Below are positions 36,601 to 48,932 of a stretch of 64,000 bases of DNA, piece after piece. Both the position numbers and the translations under genes were made by a program. A model generated the notes under the pieces. It saw only the letters and a list, made by a program, of their open reading frames with translations. It was not told the origin of the DNA and made no database searches. The DNA comes from Squalus acanthias (lineage: Eukaryota). The stretch is taken from the NCBI GenBank assembly GCA_030390025.1, contig CM059431.1, positions 135,596,001-135,660,000 on the forward strand, written 5' to 3'. Position 1 is the stretch's first letter. Each line of letters begins with the position of its first letter.

Positions 36601-39600
36601 TGTTTAAAGTACTCTGCCTCTCTGGCTCTCCGCTCCCGCTCTGTTTAAAGTACTCTGTCGCTCTGGCTCTCCGCTCCCACTCTGTTTAAAGTACTCTGTC
36701 GCTCTGGCTCTCTGCTCCCGCTCTGTTTAAAGTACTGTGTCGCTGTGGCTCTCCGCTCCCGCTCTGTTTAAAGTACTCTGCCACTCTGGCTCTTCGCTCC
36801 CGCTCTGTTTAAAGTACTCTGTCGCTCTGGCTCTCCGCTCCCGCTCTGTTTAAAGTACTCTGTCGCTCTGGCTCTCCGCTCCCGCTGTTTAAAATACTCT
36901 GTCGCTCTGGCTCTCCGCTCCCGCTATGTTTAAAGTACTCTGTCGCTCTGGCTCTCCGCTCCCGCTGTTTAAAATACTCTGTCGCTCTGGCTCTCCGCTC
37001 CCGCTCTGTTTAAAGTACTCTGTCGCTCTGGCTCTCCTCTCCCACTGTTTAAAGTACTCTGTCGCTCTGCCTCTCCGCTCCCGCTCTGTTTAAAGTACTC
37101 TGTCGCTCTGGCTCTCCTCTCCCACTGTTTAAAGTACTCTGTCGCTCTGGCTCTCCGCTCCCGCTCTGTTTAAAGTACTCTGTCGCTCTGGCTCTCTGCT
37201 CCCGCTCTGTTTAAAGTACTCTGTCGCTCTGGCTCTCCTCTCCCGATCTGTTTCAATGACTCTGCCGCTCTGGCTCTCTGCTCCCGCTCTGTTTAAAGTA
37301 CTCTGTCACTCTGGCTCACTGCTCCCACTCTGTTTAAAGTACTCTATCGCTCTGGCTCTCCGCTCCCACTCTGTTTAAAGTACTCTGTCGCTCTGGCTCT
37401 CTGCTCCCGCTCTGTTTAAAGTACTCTGTCGCTGTGGCTCTCCGCTCCCGCTCTGTTTAAAGTACTCTGTCGCTCTGGCTCTCCGCTCCCGCTGTTTAAA
37501 ATACTCTGTCGCTCTGGCTCTCCGCTCCCGCTGTTTAAAATACTCTGTCGCTCTGGCTCTCCGCTCCCGCTCTGTTTAAAGTACTCTGTCGCTCTGGCTC
37601 TCCTCTCCCACTGTTTAAAGTACTCTGTCGCTCTGCCTCTCCGCTCCCGCTCTGTTTAAAGTACTCTGTCGCTCTGGCTCTCCTCTCCCACTGTTTAAAG
37701 TACTCTGTCGCTCTGGCTCTCCGCTCCCGCTCTGTTTAAAGTACTCTGTCGCTCTGGCTCACCTCTCCCACTGTTTAAAGTATTCTGTCGCTCTGGCTCT
37801 CCGCTCCCGCTCTGTTTAAAATACTCTGTCGCTCTGGCTCTCCTTCCCACTGTTTAAAGTACTCTTTCGCTCTGGCTCTCCGCTCCCGCTCTGTTTAAAG
37901 TACTCTGTCGCTCTGGCTCTCCTCTCCCACTGTTTAATGTACTCTGTCGCTCTGGCTCTCAGCTCCCGCTCTGTTTAAAGTACTCTGTCGCTCTGGCTCT
38001 CCTCTCCCGCTCTGTTTAAAGTACTCTGTCGCTCTGGCTCTCCGCTCCCGCTCTGTTTAAAGTACTCTGTCACTCTGGCTCTCCTCTCCCGCTCTGTTTA
38101 TAGTACTCTGTCGCTCTGGCTCTCAGCTCCCGCTCTGTTTAAAGTACTCTGTCGCTCTGGCTCTCCTCTCCCGCTCTGTTTAAAGTACTCTGTCGCTCTG
38201 GCTCTCCGCTCCCGCTCTGTTTAAGTACTCTGTCGCTCTGGCTCTCCTCTCCCGCTCTGTTTAAAGTACTCTGTCACTCTGGCTCTCCGCTCCCGCTCTG
38301 TTTAAAGTACTCTGTCGCTCTGGCTCTCCGCTCCCGCTGTTTAAAGTACTCTGTCGCTCTGGCTCTCCGCTCCCGCTCTGTTTAAAGTACTCTGCCGCTC
38401 TGGCTCTGCGCTTCCGCTCTGTTTAAAGTACTCTGTCGCTCTGGCTCTCCGCTCCCGCTCTGTTTAAAGTATTCTGTCGCTCTGGCTCTCCGCTCCCACT
38501 GTTTAAAATACTCTGTCGCTCTGGCTCTCCGCTCCCGCTCTGTTTAAAGTACTCTGTCGCTCTGGCCCTCCACTCCCGCTGTTTAAAATACTCTGTCGCT
38601 CTGGCTCTCCGCTCCCGCTCTGTTTAAATTACTCTGCCGCTCTGGCTCTCCGCTTCCACTCTGTTTAAAGTACTCTGTCACTCTGGCTCTCCGCTCCCGC
38701 TCTGTTTAAAGTACTCTGCCGCTCTGGCTCTCTGCTCCCGCTCTGTTTAAAGTACTCTGTCGCTCTGGCTCTCCTCTCCCGATCTGTTTCAATGACTCTG
38801 CCGCTCTGGCTCTCCGCTCCTGCTCTGTTTAAAGTACTCTGCCTCTCTGGCTCTCCGCTCCCGCTCTGTTTAAAGTACTCTGTCGCTCTGGCTCTCAGGT
38901 CCCACTCTGTTTAAAGTACTCTGTCGCTCTGGCTCTCTGCTCCCGCTCTGTTTAAAGTACTGTGTCGCTGTGGCTCTCCGCTCCCGCTCTGTTTAAAGTA
39001 CTCTGCCACTCTGGCTCTCCGCTCCCGCTCTGTTTAAAGTACTCTGTCGCTCTGGCTCTCCGCTCCCGCTCTGTTTAAAGTACTCTGTCGCTCTGGCTCT
39101 CCGCTCCCGCTGTTTAAAATACTCTGTCGCTCTGGCTCTCCGCTCCCGCTATGTTTAAAGTACTCTGTCGCTCTGGCTCTCCGCTCCCGCTGTTTAAAAT
39201 ACTCTGTCGCTCTGGCTCTCCGCTCCCGCTCTGTTTAAAGTACTCTGTCGCTCTGGCTCTCCTCTCCCACTGTTTAAAGTACTCTGTCGCTCTGGCTCTC
39301 CTCTCCCACTGTTTAAAGTACTCTGTCGCTCTGGCTCTCCGCTCCCGCTCTGTTTAAAGTACTCTGTCGCTCTGGCTCACCTCTCCCACTGTTTAAAGTA
39401 TTCTGTCGCTCTGGCTCTCCGCTCCCGCTCTGTTTAAAGTACTCTGTCGCTCTGGCTCTCCTTCCCACTGTTTAAAGTACTCTGTCGCTCTGGCTCTCCG
39501 CTCCCGCTCTGTTTAAAGTACTCTGTCGCTCTGGCTCTCCTCTCCCACTGTTTAATGTACTCTGTCGCTCTGGCTCTCAGCTCCTGCTCTGTTTAAAGTA

Positions 39601-42600
39601 CTCTGTCGCTCTGGCTCTCCTCTCCCGCTCTGTTTAAAGTACTCTGTCGCTCTGGCTCTCCGCTCCCGCTCTGTTTAAAGTACTCTGTCACTCTGGCTCT
39701 CCTCTCCCGCTCTGTTTAAAGTACTCTGTCGCTCTGGCTCTCAGCTCCCGCTCTGTTTAAAGTACTCTGTCGCTCTGGCTCTCCTCTCCCGCTCTGTTTA
39801 AAGTACTCTGTCGCTCTGGGTCTCCGCTCCCGCTCTGTTTAAAGTACTCTGTCGCTCTGGCTCTCCTCTCCCGCTCTGTTTAAAGTACTCTGTCACTCTG
39901 GCTCTCCGCTCCCGCTCTGTTTAAAGTACTCTGCCGCTCTGGCTCTCCGCTCCCACTGTTTAAAGTACTCTGTCGCTCTGGCTCTCCGCTCCCGCTCTGT
40001 TTAAAGTACTCTGCCGCTCTGGCTCTGCGCTCCCGCTCTGTTTAAAGTACTCTGTCGCTCTGGCTCTGCGCTCACGCTCTGTTTAAAGTACTCTGCCGCT
40101 CTGGCTCTGCGCTCCCGCTCTGTTTAAAGTACTCTGTCGCTCTGGCTCTCCGCTCCCGCTCTGTTTAAAGTACTCTGTCACTCTGGCTCTCCGCTCCCGC
40201 TCTGTTTAAATTACTCTGTTGCTCTGGCTCTGCGCTCCCGCTCTGTTTAAAGTACTCTGTCGATCTGGCTCTGCGCTCACGCTCTGTTTAAAGTACTCTG
40301 TCACTCTGGCTCTCCGCTCCTGCTCTGTTTAAAGTACTCTGCCGCTCTGGCTCTGCGCTCCCCCTCTGTTTAAAGTACTCTGTCAAACTGGCTCTCCGCT
40401 CCCGCTCTGTTTAAAGTACTCTGTCGCTCTGGCTCTCCGCTCCCACTCTGTTTAAAGTACTCTGTCGCTCTGGCTCTCCTCTACCGCTGTTTAAAGTACG
40501 CTGTCGCTCTAGCTCTCCGCTCCCGCTCTGTTTAAAGTACGCTGTCGCTCTAGCTCTCCGCTCCCGCTGTTTAAAGTACTCTGTCGCTGTGGCTCTCCGC
40601 TCCCGCTGTTTAAAGTACTCTGTTGCTCTGGCTCTCCTCTCCCGCTCTGTTTAAAGTACTCTGTTGCTCTGGCTCTCCGCTCACGCTCTGTTTAAAGTAA
40701 TCTGCCACTCTGGCTCTCCGCTCCCGCTGTTTAAAGTACTCTGTCGCTCTCGCTCTCCGCTCCCGCTCTGTTTAAAGTACTCTGTCGCTCTGGCTCTCTC
40801 CTCCCGCTCTGTTTAAAGTACTCTGCCGCTCTGGCTCTCCGCTCCCGCTCTGTTTAAAGTACTCTGCGGCTCTGGCTCTCTGCTCCCGCTGTTTAAAGTA
40901 CTCTGTCGCTCTGGCTCTCTGCTCCCACTCTGTTTAAAGTACTCTGTCGCTCTGGGTCTCCGCTCCCGCTCTGTTTAAAGTACTCTGCCACTCTGGCTCT
41001 CCTCTCCCGCTCTATTTAAAGTACTCTGCCACTCTGGCTCTCCGCTCTCGCTCTGTTTAAAGTACTGTGCCGCACTGGCTCTCCGCTCCCGCTCTGTTTA
41101 AAGTACTCTGCCACTCTGGCTCTCCGCTCCCGCTCTGTTTAAAGTAATCTGCCGCTCTGGCTCTCCGCTCCAACTCTGCGTAAAGTACTCTGTCGCTCTG
41201 GCTCTCCGCTCCCGCTCTGTTTAAAGTACTCTGTCGCTCTGGCTCACCTCTCCCACTGTTTAAAGTACTCTGTCGCTCTGGCTCTCCGCTCCCGCTCTGT
41301 TTAAAGTACTCTGTCGCTCTGGCTCTCCTTCCCACTGTTTAAAGTACTCTGTCGCTCTGGCTCTCCGCTCCCGCTCTGTTTAAAGTACTCTGTCGCTCTG
41401 GCTCTCCTCTCCCACTGTTTAATGTACTCTGTCGCTCTGGCTCTCAGCTCCCGCTCTGTTTAAAGTACTCTGTCGCTCTGGCTCTCCTCTCCCGCTCTGT
41501 TTAAAGTACTCTGTCGCTCTGGCTCTACGCTCCCGCTCTGTTTAAAGTACTCTGTCACTCTGGCTCTCCTCTCCCGCTCTGTTTAAAGTACTCTGTCGCT
41601 CTGGCTCTCAGCTCCCGCTCTGTTTAAAGTACTCTGTCGCTCTGGCTCTCCTCTCCCGCTCTGTTTAAAGTACTCTGTCGCTCTGGCTCTCCGCTCCCGC
41701 TCTGTTTAAAGTACTCTGTCGCTCTTGCTCTCCTCTCCCACTCTGTTTAAAGTACTCTGTCACTCTGGCTCTCCGCTCCCGCTCTGTTTAAAGTACTCTG
41801 CCGCTCTGGCTCGCCGCTCCCGCTGTTTAAAGTAATCTGCCACTCTGGCTCTCCGCTCCCGCTGTTTAAAGTACTCTGTCGCTCTGGCTCTCCGCTCCCG
41901 CTCTGTTTAAAGTACTCTGTCGCTCTGCCTCTCTGCTCCCGCTCTGTTTAAAGTACTCTTTCGCTCTGGCTCTCCGCTCACGCTCTGTTTAAAGTAATCT
42001 GCCACTCTGGCTCTCCGCTCCCGCTGTTTAAAGTACTCTGTCGCTCTGGCTCTCCGCTCCCGCTCTGTTTAAAGTACTCTGTCACTCTGGCTCTCTGCTC
42101 CCGCTGTTTAAAGTACTCTGTCGCTCTGGCTCTCAGCTCCCGCTCTGTTTAAAGTACTGTGTCGCTCTGGCTCTCTCCTCCCGCTCTTTTTAAAGTACTC
42201 TCCGCTCAGGCTCTCCGCTCCCGCTCTGTTTAAAGTACTCTGTGGCTCTGGCTCTCTGCCGCTGTTTAAAGTATTCTGTCGCTCTGGCTCTCTGCTCCCA
42301 CTCTGTTTAAAGTACTCTGTCGCTCTGGGTCCCCGCTCCCGCTCTGTTTAAAGTACTCTGTCACTCTGGCTCTCCGCACCCGCTCTGTTTCAAGTACTCT
42401 GTCGCTCTGGCTCTCCACTCTTGCTCTGTTTAAAGTACTCTGTCACTCTGGCTCTCCACTCCCACTCTGTTTAAAGTATTCTGCCACTCTGGCTCTCCGC
42501 TCCCGCTCTGTTTAAAGTACTCTGTCGCTCTGGCTCTCTGCTCCCGCTCTGTTTAAAGTACTCTGTCGCTCTGGCTCTCCGCTCCCGCTCTGTTTAAAGT

Positions 42601-44423
42601 ACTCTGCCGCTCTGGCTCTCCGCTCCCGCTCTGTTTAAAGTACTCTGCGGCTCTGGCTCTCTGCTCCCGCTGTTTAAAGTACTCTGTCGCTCTGGCTCTC
42701 TGCTCCCACTCTGTTTAAAGTACTCTGTCGCTCTGGGTCTCCGCTCCCGCTCTGTTTAAAGTACTCTGCCACTCTGGCTCTCCTCTCCCGCTCTATTTAA
42801 AGTACTCTGCCACTCTGGCTCTCCGCTCTCGCTCTGTTTAAAGTACTGTGCCGCACTGGCTCTCCGCTCCCGCTCTGTTTAAAGTACTCTGCCACTCTGG
42901 CTCTCCGCTCCCGCTCTGTTTAAAGTAATCTGCCGCTCTGGCTCTCCGCTCCAACTCTGCGTAAAGTACTCTGTCGCTCTGGCTCTCCGCTCCCGCTCTG
43001 TTTAAAGTACTCTGTCGCTCTGGCTCACCTCTCCCACTGTTTAAAGTACTCTGTCGCTCTGGCTCTCCGCTCCCGCTCTGTTTAAAGTACTCTGTCGCTC
43101 TGGCTCTCCTTCCCACTGTTTAAAGTACTCTGTCGCTCTGGCTCTCCGCTCCCGCTCTGTTTAAAGTACTCTGTCGCTCTGGCTCTCCACTCCAACTCTG
43201 CGTAAAGTACTCTTTCGCTCTGGCTCTCCGCTTCCGCTCTGTTTAAAGTACTCTGCCACTCTGGCTCTCCGCTCCCGCTGTTTAAAGTACTCTGCCGCTC
43301 TGGCTCTCCGCTCCCTCTCTGTTTAAAGTACTCTGTGCTCTGGCTCTCCGCTCCCGCTCTGTTTAAAGTACTCTGTGCTCTGGCTCTCCGCTCCCACTCT
43401 GTTTAAAGTACTCTGTTGCTCTGGCTCCCTGCCCCCGCTGTTTAAAGTACTCTGTCGCTCTGGCTCTCCGCTCCCGCTCTGTTTAAAGTACTCTGTCGCT
43501 CTGGCTCTCCGCTCCCGCTCTGTTTAAAGTACTCTGCCACTCTGGCTCTCCGCTCACGCTCTGTTTTATGTACTCTGTTGCTCTGGCTCTCTGCTCCCGC
43601 TGTTTAAAGTACTCTGTCGCTCTGCCTCTCCGCTCCCGCTCTGTTTAAAGTACTCTGTTGCTCTGGCTCTCTGCTCCCGCTGTTTAAAGTACTCTTTCGC
43701 TCTGGCTCTCCGCTCCCGCTCTGTTTAAAGTACTCTGCCACTCTAGCTCTCCGCTCACGCTCTGTTTAAAGTACTCTGCCGCTCTGGCTCTCTGCTCCCG
43801 CTCTGTTTAAAGTACTCTGTCACTCTGGCACTCCGCTCCCGCACTGTTTAAAGTACTCTGCCGCTCTGGCTCTCTGCTCCCGCTCTGTTTAAAGTACTCT
43901 GCCACTCTGGCTCTCCGCTCCCGCTCTGTTTAAAGTACTCTGTCACTCTGGCTCTCCGCTCCCGCTCTGTTTAAAGTACTCTGCCACTCAGGCTCTCCGC
44001 TCCCGCTCTGTTTAAAGTACTCTGCCGCTCTCGCTCTCCGCTCTCGCTCTGTTTAAAGTACTCTGCCACTCTGGCTCTCCGCTCCCGCTCTGTTTAAAGT
44101 ACTCTGCCACTCTGGCTCTCCGCTCCCGCACTGTTTAAAGTACTCTGTCGCTCTGGCTCTCCGCTCCCGTTCTGTTTAAAGTACTCTGCCACTCTGGCTC
44201 TCCGCTCCCGCTCTGTTTAAAGTACTCTGCCACTCTGGCTCTCCGCTCCCGCTCTGTTTAAAGTACTCTGCCACTCTGGCTCTCCGCTCCCGCTCTGTTT
44301 AAAGTACTCTGTCACTCTGGCTCTCCGCTCCCGCTCTGTTTAAAGTACTCTATCGCTCTGGCTCTCCGCTCCCGCTCTGTTTAAAGTACTCTGTCGCTCT
44401 GGCTCTCCGCTCCCGCTCTGTTT

Positions 44424-44829
44424 CCATAAGAACATAAGAAATAGGAGCAGGAGTAGGCCAATCGGCCCCTCGAGCCTGCTCCGCCATTCAATAAGATCAT
44501 GGCTGATATGATCCTAACCTCAAATCTAAAGAACACAAGAAGTAGGAGCAGGACCCGGCCACTCAGCCCCTGGGCCCGCTCCGCCACCCACAGGGCCTTG
44601 ACCGATCCGAACTCAGCCTCATGTCCAATTTCCTGCCCGCTCCCCGTAACCCCTAATTCCCTTTACTTCTAGGAAACTGTCTATTTCTGTTTTAAATTTA
44701 TTTAATGATGTAGCTTCCACAGCTTCCTGGGGCAGCAAATTCCACAGACCTACTACCCTCTGAGTGAAGAAGTTTCTCCTCATCTCAGTTTTGATAGAGC
44801 AGCCCCTTATTCTAAGATTATGCCCCCCA
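44424..44829 (-). mobile_element. 5'-truncated CR1 3'-end fragment inserted in the satellite, copy 1
   Basis: Starts with the tail (cataagaa)n and matches the reverse complement of the CR1 3' end at about 53140-53578. gttt occurs on both sides. Confidence 0.9.
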
Positions 44830-45933
44830 GTTTAAAGTACTCTGCCGCTCTGGCTCTCCACTCCCGCTCTGTTTAAAGTACTCTGCCACTCTGGCTCTCT
44901 GCTCCCGCTCTGTTTAAAGTACTCTGTTGCTCTGGCTCTCTGCCCCCGCTGTTTAAAGTACTCTGTCGCTCTGGCTCTCCGCTCCCGCTCTGTTTAAAGT
45001 ACTCTGTCGCTCTGGCTCTCCGCTCCCGCTCTGTTTAAAGTACTCTGCCACTCTGGCTCTCCGCTCACGCTCTGTTTTATGTACTCTGTTGCTCTGGCTC
45101 TCTGCTCCCGCTGTTTAAAGTACTCTGTCGCTCTGCCTCTCCGCTCCCGCTCTGTTTAAAGTACTCTGTTGCTCTGGCTCTCTGCTCCCGCTGTTTAAAG
45201 TACTCTTTCGCTCTGGCTCTCCGCTCCCGCTCTGTTTAAAGTACTCTGCCACTCTAGCTCTCCGCTCACGCTCTGTTTAAAGTACTCTGCCGCTCTGGCT
45301 CTCTGCTCCCGCTCTGTTTAAAGTACTCTGTCACTCTGGCACTCCGCTCCCGCTCTGTTTAAAGTACTCTGCCGCTCTGGCTCTCTGCTCCCGCTCTGTT
45401 TAAAGTACTCTGTCACTCTGGCTCTCCGCTCCCGCTCTGTTTAAAGTACTCTGTCACTCTGGCTCTCCGCTCCCGCTCTGTTTAAAGTACTCTGCCACTC
45501 TGGCTCTCCGCTCCCGCTCTGTTTAAAGTACTCTGCCGCTCTGGCTCTCCGCTCTCGCTCTGTTTAAAGTACTCTGTCACTCTGGCTCTCCGCTCCCGCT
45601 CTGTTTAAAGTACTCTGCCACTCTGGCTCTCCGCTCCCGCTCTGTTTAAAGTACTCTGTCGCTCTGGCTCTCCGCTCCCGTCTGTTTAAAGTACTCTGCC
45701 ACTCTGGCTCTCCGCTCCCGCTCTGTTTAAAGTACTCTGCCACTCTGGCTCTCCGCTCCCGCTCTGTTTAAAGTACTCTGCCACTCTGGCTCTCCGCTCC
45801 CGCTCTGTTTAAAGTACTCTGTCACTCTGGCTCTCCGCTCCCGCTCTGTTTAAAGTACTCTGTCGCTCTGGCTCTCCGCTCCCGCTCTGTTTAAAGTACT
45901 CTGTCGCTCTGGCTCTCCGCTCCCGCTCTGTTT

Positions 45934-46339
45934 CCATAAGAACATAAGAAATAGGAGCAGGAGTAGGCCAATCGGCCCCTCGAGCCTGCTCCGCCATTCA
46001 ATAAGATCATGGCTGATATGATCCTAACCTCAAATCTAAAGAACACAAGAAGTAGGAGCAGGACCCGGCCACTCAGCCCCTGGGCCCGCTCCGCCACCCA
46101 CAGGGCCTTGACCGATCCGAACTCAGCCTCATGTCCAATTTCCTGCCCGCTCCCCGTAACCCCTAATTCCCTTTACTTCTAGGAAACTGTCTATTTCTGT
46201 TTTAAATTTATTTAATGATGTAGCTTCCACAGCTTCCTGGGGCAGCAAATTCCACAGACCTACTACCCTCTGAGTGAAGAAGTTTCTCCTCATCTCAGTT
46301 TTGATAGAGCAGCCCCTTATTCTAAGATTATGCCCCCCA
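45934..46339 (-). mobile_element. 5'-truncated CR1 3'-end fragment inserted in the satellite, copy 2
   Basis: Apparently identical to 44424-44829, with the same junctions, at an offset of 1510 bp. Confidence 0.9.
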
Positions 46340-47323
46340 GTTTAAAGTACTCTGCCGCTCTGGCTCTCCACTCCCGCTCTGTTTAAAGTACTCTGCCACT
46401 CTGGCTCTCTGCTCCCGCTCTGTTTAAAGTACTCTGTTACTCTGGCTCTCCTCTCCTGCTCTGTTTAAAGTACTCTGTCGCTCTGGCTCTCTGCTCCCGC
46501 TGTTTAAAGTACTCTGTCGCTCTGGCTCTCCACTCCCGCTCTGTTTAAAGTACGCTGCCGCTCTGGCTCTCCGCTCCCGCTCTGTTTAAAGTACTCTGTC
46601 GCTCTGGCTCTCCTCTCCTGCTCTGTTTAAAGTACTCTGTCGCTCTGGCTCTCCGCTTCCGCTGTTTCAAGTACTCTGTCACTCTGGCTCTCCTCTCCCT
46701 CTCTGTTTAAAGTACTCTGTCGCTCTGGCTCTCCGCTCCCGCTGTTTAAAGTACTCTGTCACTCTGGCTCTCCTCTCCTGCTCTGTTTAAAGTGCTCTGT
46801 CGCTCTGGCTCTCTGCTCCCGCTGTTTAAAGTACTCTGTCGCTCTGGCTCTCCGCTCCCTCTCTGTTTAAAGTACACTGCCGCTCTGGCTCTCCGCTCCC
46901 GCTCTGTTTAAAGTACTCTGCCACTCTGGCTCTCCGCTCCCGCTCTGTTTAAAGTACTCTGTCACTCTGGCTCTCCGCTCCCGCTCTGTTTAAAGTACTC
47001 TGTCGCTCTAGCTCTCCGCTCCCACTGTTTAAAGTACTCTGCCACTCTGGCTCTCGACTCCCACTCTGTTTAAAGTACTCTGCCACTCTGGCTCTCCGCT
47101 CCCGCTTTTTTTAAAGTACTCTGCTGCTCTGGCTCTCCGCTCCCGCTCTGTTTAAATTACTCTGCCGCTCTGGCTCTCCGCTCCCGCTCTGTTTAAATTA
47201 CTCTGCCGCTCTGGCTCTCCTCTCCCGCTCTGTTTAAATTACTCTGCCGCTCTGGCTCTCTGCTCCCGCTCTGTTTAAAGTACTCTGCCACTCTGGCTCT
47301 CCTCTCCCGCTGTTTAATGTACT

Positions 47324-48932
47324 TTGCTGTCTATTCTTAAAGTTGATAAGTCACCAGAACCGGATGGGATGCATCCTCGGATGCTGAGGGAGGTTAAGGA
47401 GGAAATCACAGAAGTACTGGCCATAATCTTCCAATCCTCCTTAGATAGCGGGGTGGTGCCAGAGGACTGAAAAATGGCAAATGTTACACCCTTTTTCAAA
47501 AAAGGATATAAGGATAAATCCAGCAACTACAGGCCGGTCAGTTTAATCTCGGTCGTGGGGAAGCTTTTCGAAACGATAATGAGGGACAAAATTAACTGTC
47601 ACTTGAACAAGTGTGGATTAATTAAGGAAAGCCAGCACGGATTTGTTAAAGGCAAATCATGTTTAACTAACTTGATTGAGTTTTTTGATGAGGTAACAGA
47701 GAGGGTTGATGAGGGCAATGTGGTTGACGTGGTGTATATGGATTTCTAAAATGCGTTTGATAAAATACCACATAATAGGCTTGCCAGCAAAGTTGAAGCC
47801 CATGGAATTAGTGGGACAGTAGCAGCATGGACACGAAATTGGCTAAGTGACAGGAAACAGAGAGTAGTGGTGAACAGTTGTTTTTTGGACTGGAGGAAGG
47901 TATACAGTGTTGTTCCCCAGGAGTTAGTACTGGGATCACTGCTCTTCTTGATATATATTAATGACTTGGACTTGGGTGTACAGGGCATAATTTCCAAATT
48001 TGCAGATGACACAAAACTTGGAAGTATAGTGAACAGTGCAGAGGATAGTGATGGTTTTCAAGAAGACATAGGCAGGCTGGTGAAATGGGCGGACACATGA
48101 CAGATGAAATTTAATGCAGAAAAGTGCGAAGTGATATATTTTGGTAGGAAGAATGAGGAGAAGCAATATAAATTAAAGCGTACAATCCTAAAGAGGCTGC
48201 ATGAACAGAGAGACCTGGGGGTATATGTGCACAAATCGTTGAAGGTGGCAGGGCAGGTTGAGAATGCAGTTAGAAAAGCATACGGGATACTGGGCTTCAT
48301 AAATAAAGGCAGAGAGTACAAAAGCAAGGAAGTTATGATGAACCTTTATAAAACACAGTGGTTCGGCCTCAACATGAAGTATTGTGTCCAATTCTAGGCA
48401 CCGCACTTTAGGAAGAATGTGAAGGCCTTAGAGAGGGTGCAGAAAAGATTTACGAGAATTATTCCAGGGATGAGGGACTTCAGTTACGTGGATAGACTGG
48501 AGAAGCTGGGGTTGTTCTCCTTAGAGCAGAGAAGGTTGAGAGGAGATTTGATCGAGGTATTCAAAATTATGAGGAGGTCTAGACAGAGTAGATAGAGAGA
48601 AACTGTTCCCATTGGCAGAAGGGTCAAGAACCAGAGGACACAGATTTAAGGTGATTGGCAGCAGAACCAAAGGCGACATGAGGAAGAACTTTTTTACGCA
48701 GCAAGTGTTTAGGATCTGGAAGGCACTGCCTGAAAGGGTGGAGGAGGCAGACTCAATTGTGGCTTTCAAAAGGGAATTGGATAAGTACCTGAAAGAAAAA
48801 AAAATTGCAGAGCTACGGGGAAATGGCCGGGGAGTGGGACTAGCTGGAGTGCTCTTGCAGAGAGCCGGCACGGGCTCAATGGGCCAAATGGCCTCCTTCT
48901 GTGCTGTAACCATTCTATGATTCTATTCTATG
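47324..48932 (+). mobile_element. 5'-truncated decayed CR1 LINE capping the right end of the satellite
   Basis: LKVDKSP..., [35 protein letters not shown] and RTRGHRFKV. Ends in a ttctatga-type tail. Confidence 0.92.

Larger units (their letters stand above)
9748..47323. repeat. Satellite array of about 37.6 kb and roughly 900 units of a 41-bp monomer (GTTTAAAGTACTCTGTCGCTCTGGCTCTCCGCTCCCGCTCT), with 39-, 40- and 42-bp variants
   Basis: Period read directly (ctctgtcgct at 20641 and 20682). Head-to-tail with no spacers. Copy number estimated from length divided by 41. Confidence 0.99.

Noticed and set aside
9674..46097. Short ORFs in the satellite (ERQSTLNRAGAESQ and LFKVLCRSGSPLPL repeats)
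   Set aside because: These are translation artefacts of a 41-bp period cycling through frames, with regular TAA stops. No sign of coding selection.
9748..47323. CRISPR array or repeat-spacer system
   Set aside because: Units are head-to-tail with no unique spacers, there are no cas genes, and the context is vertebrate LINE-rich DNA.
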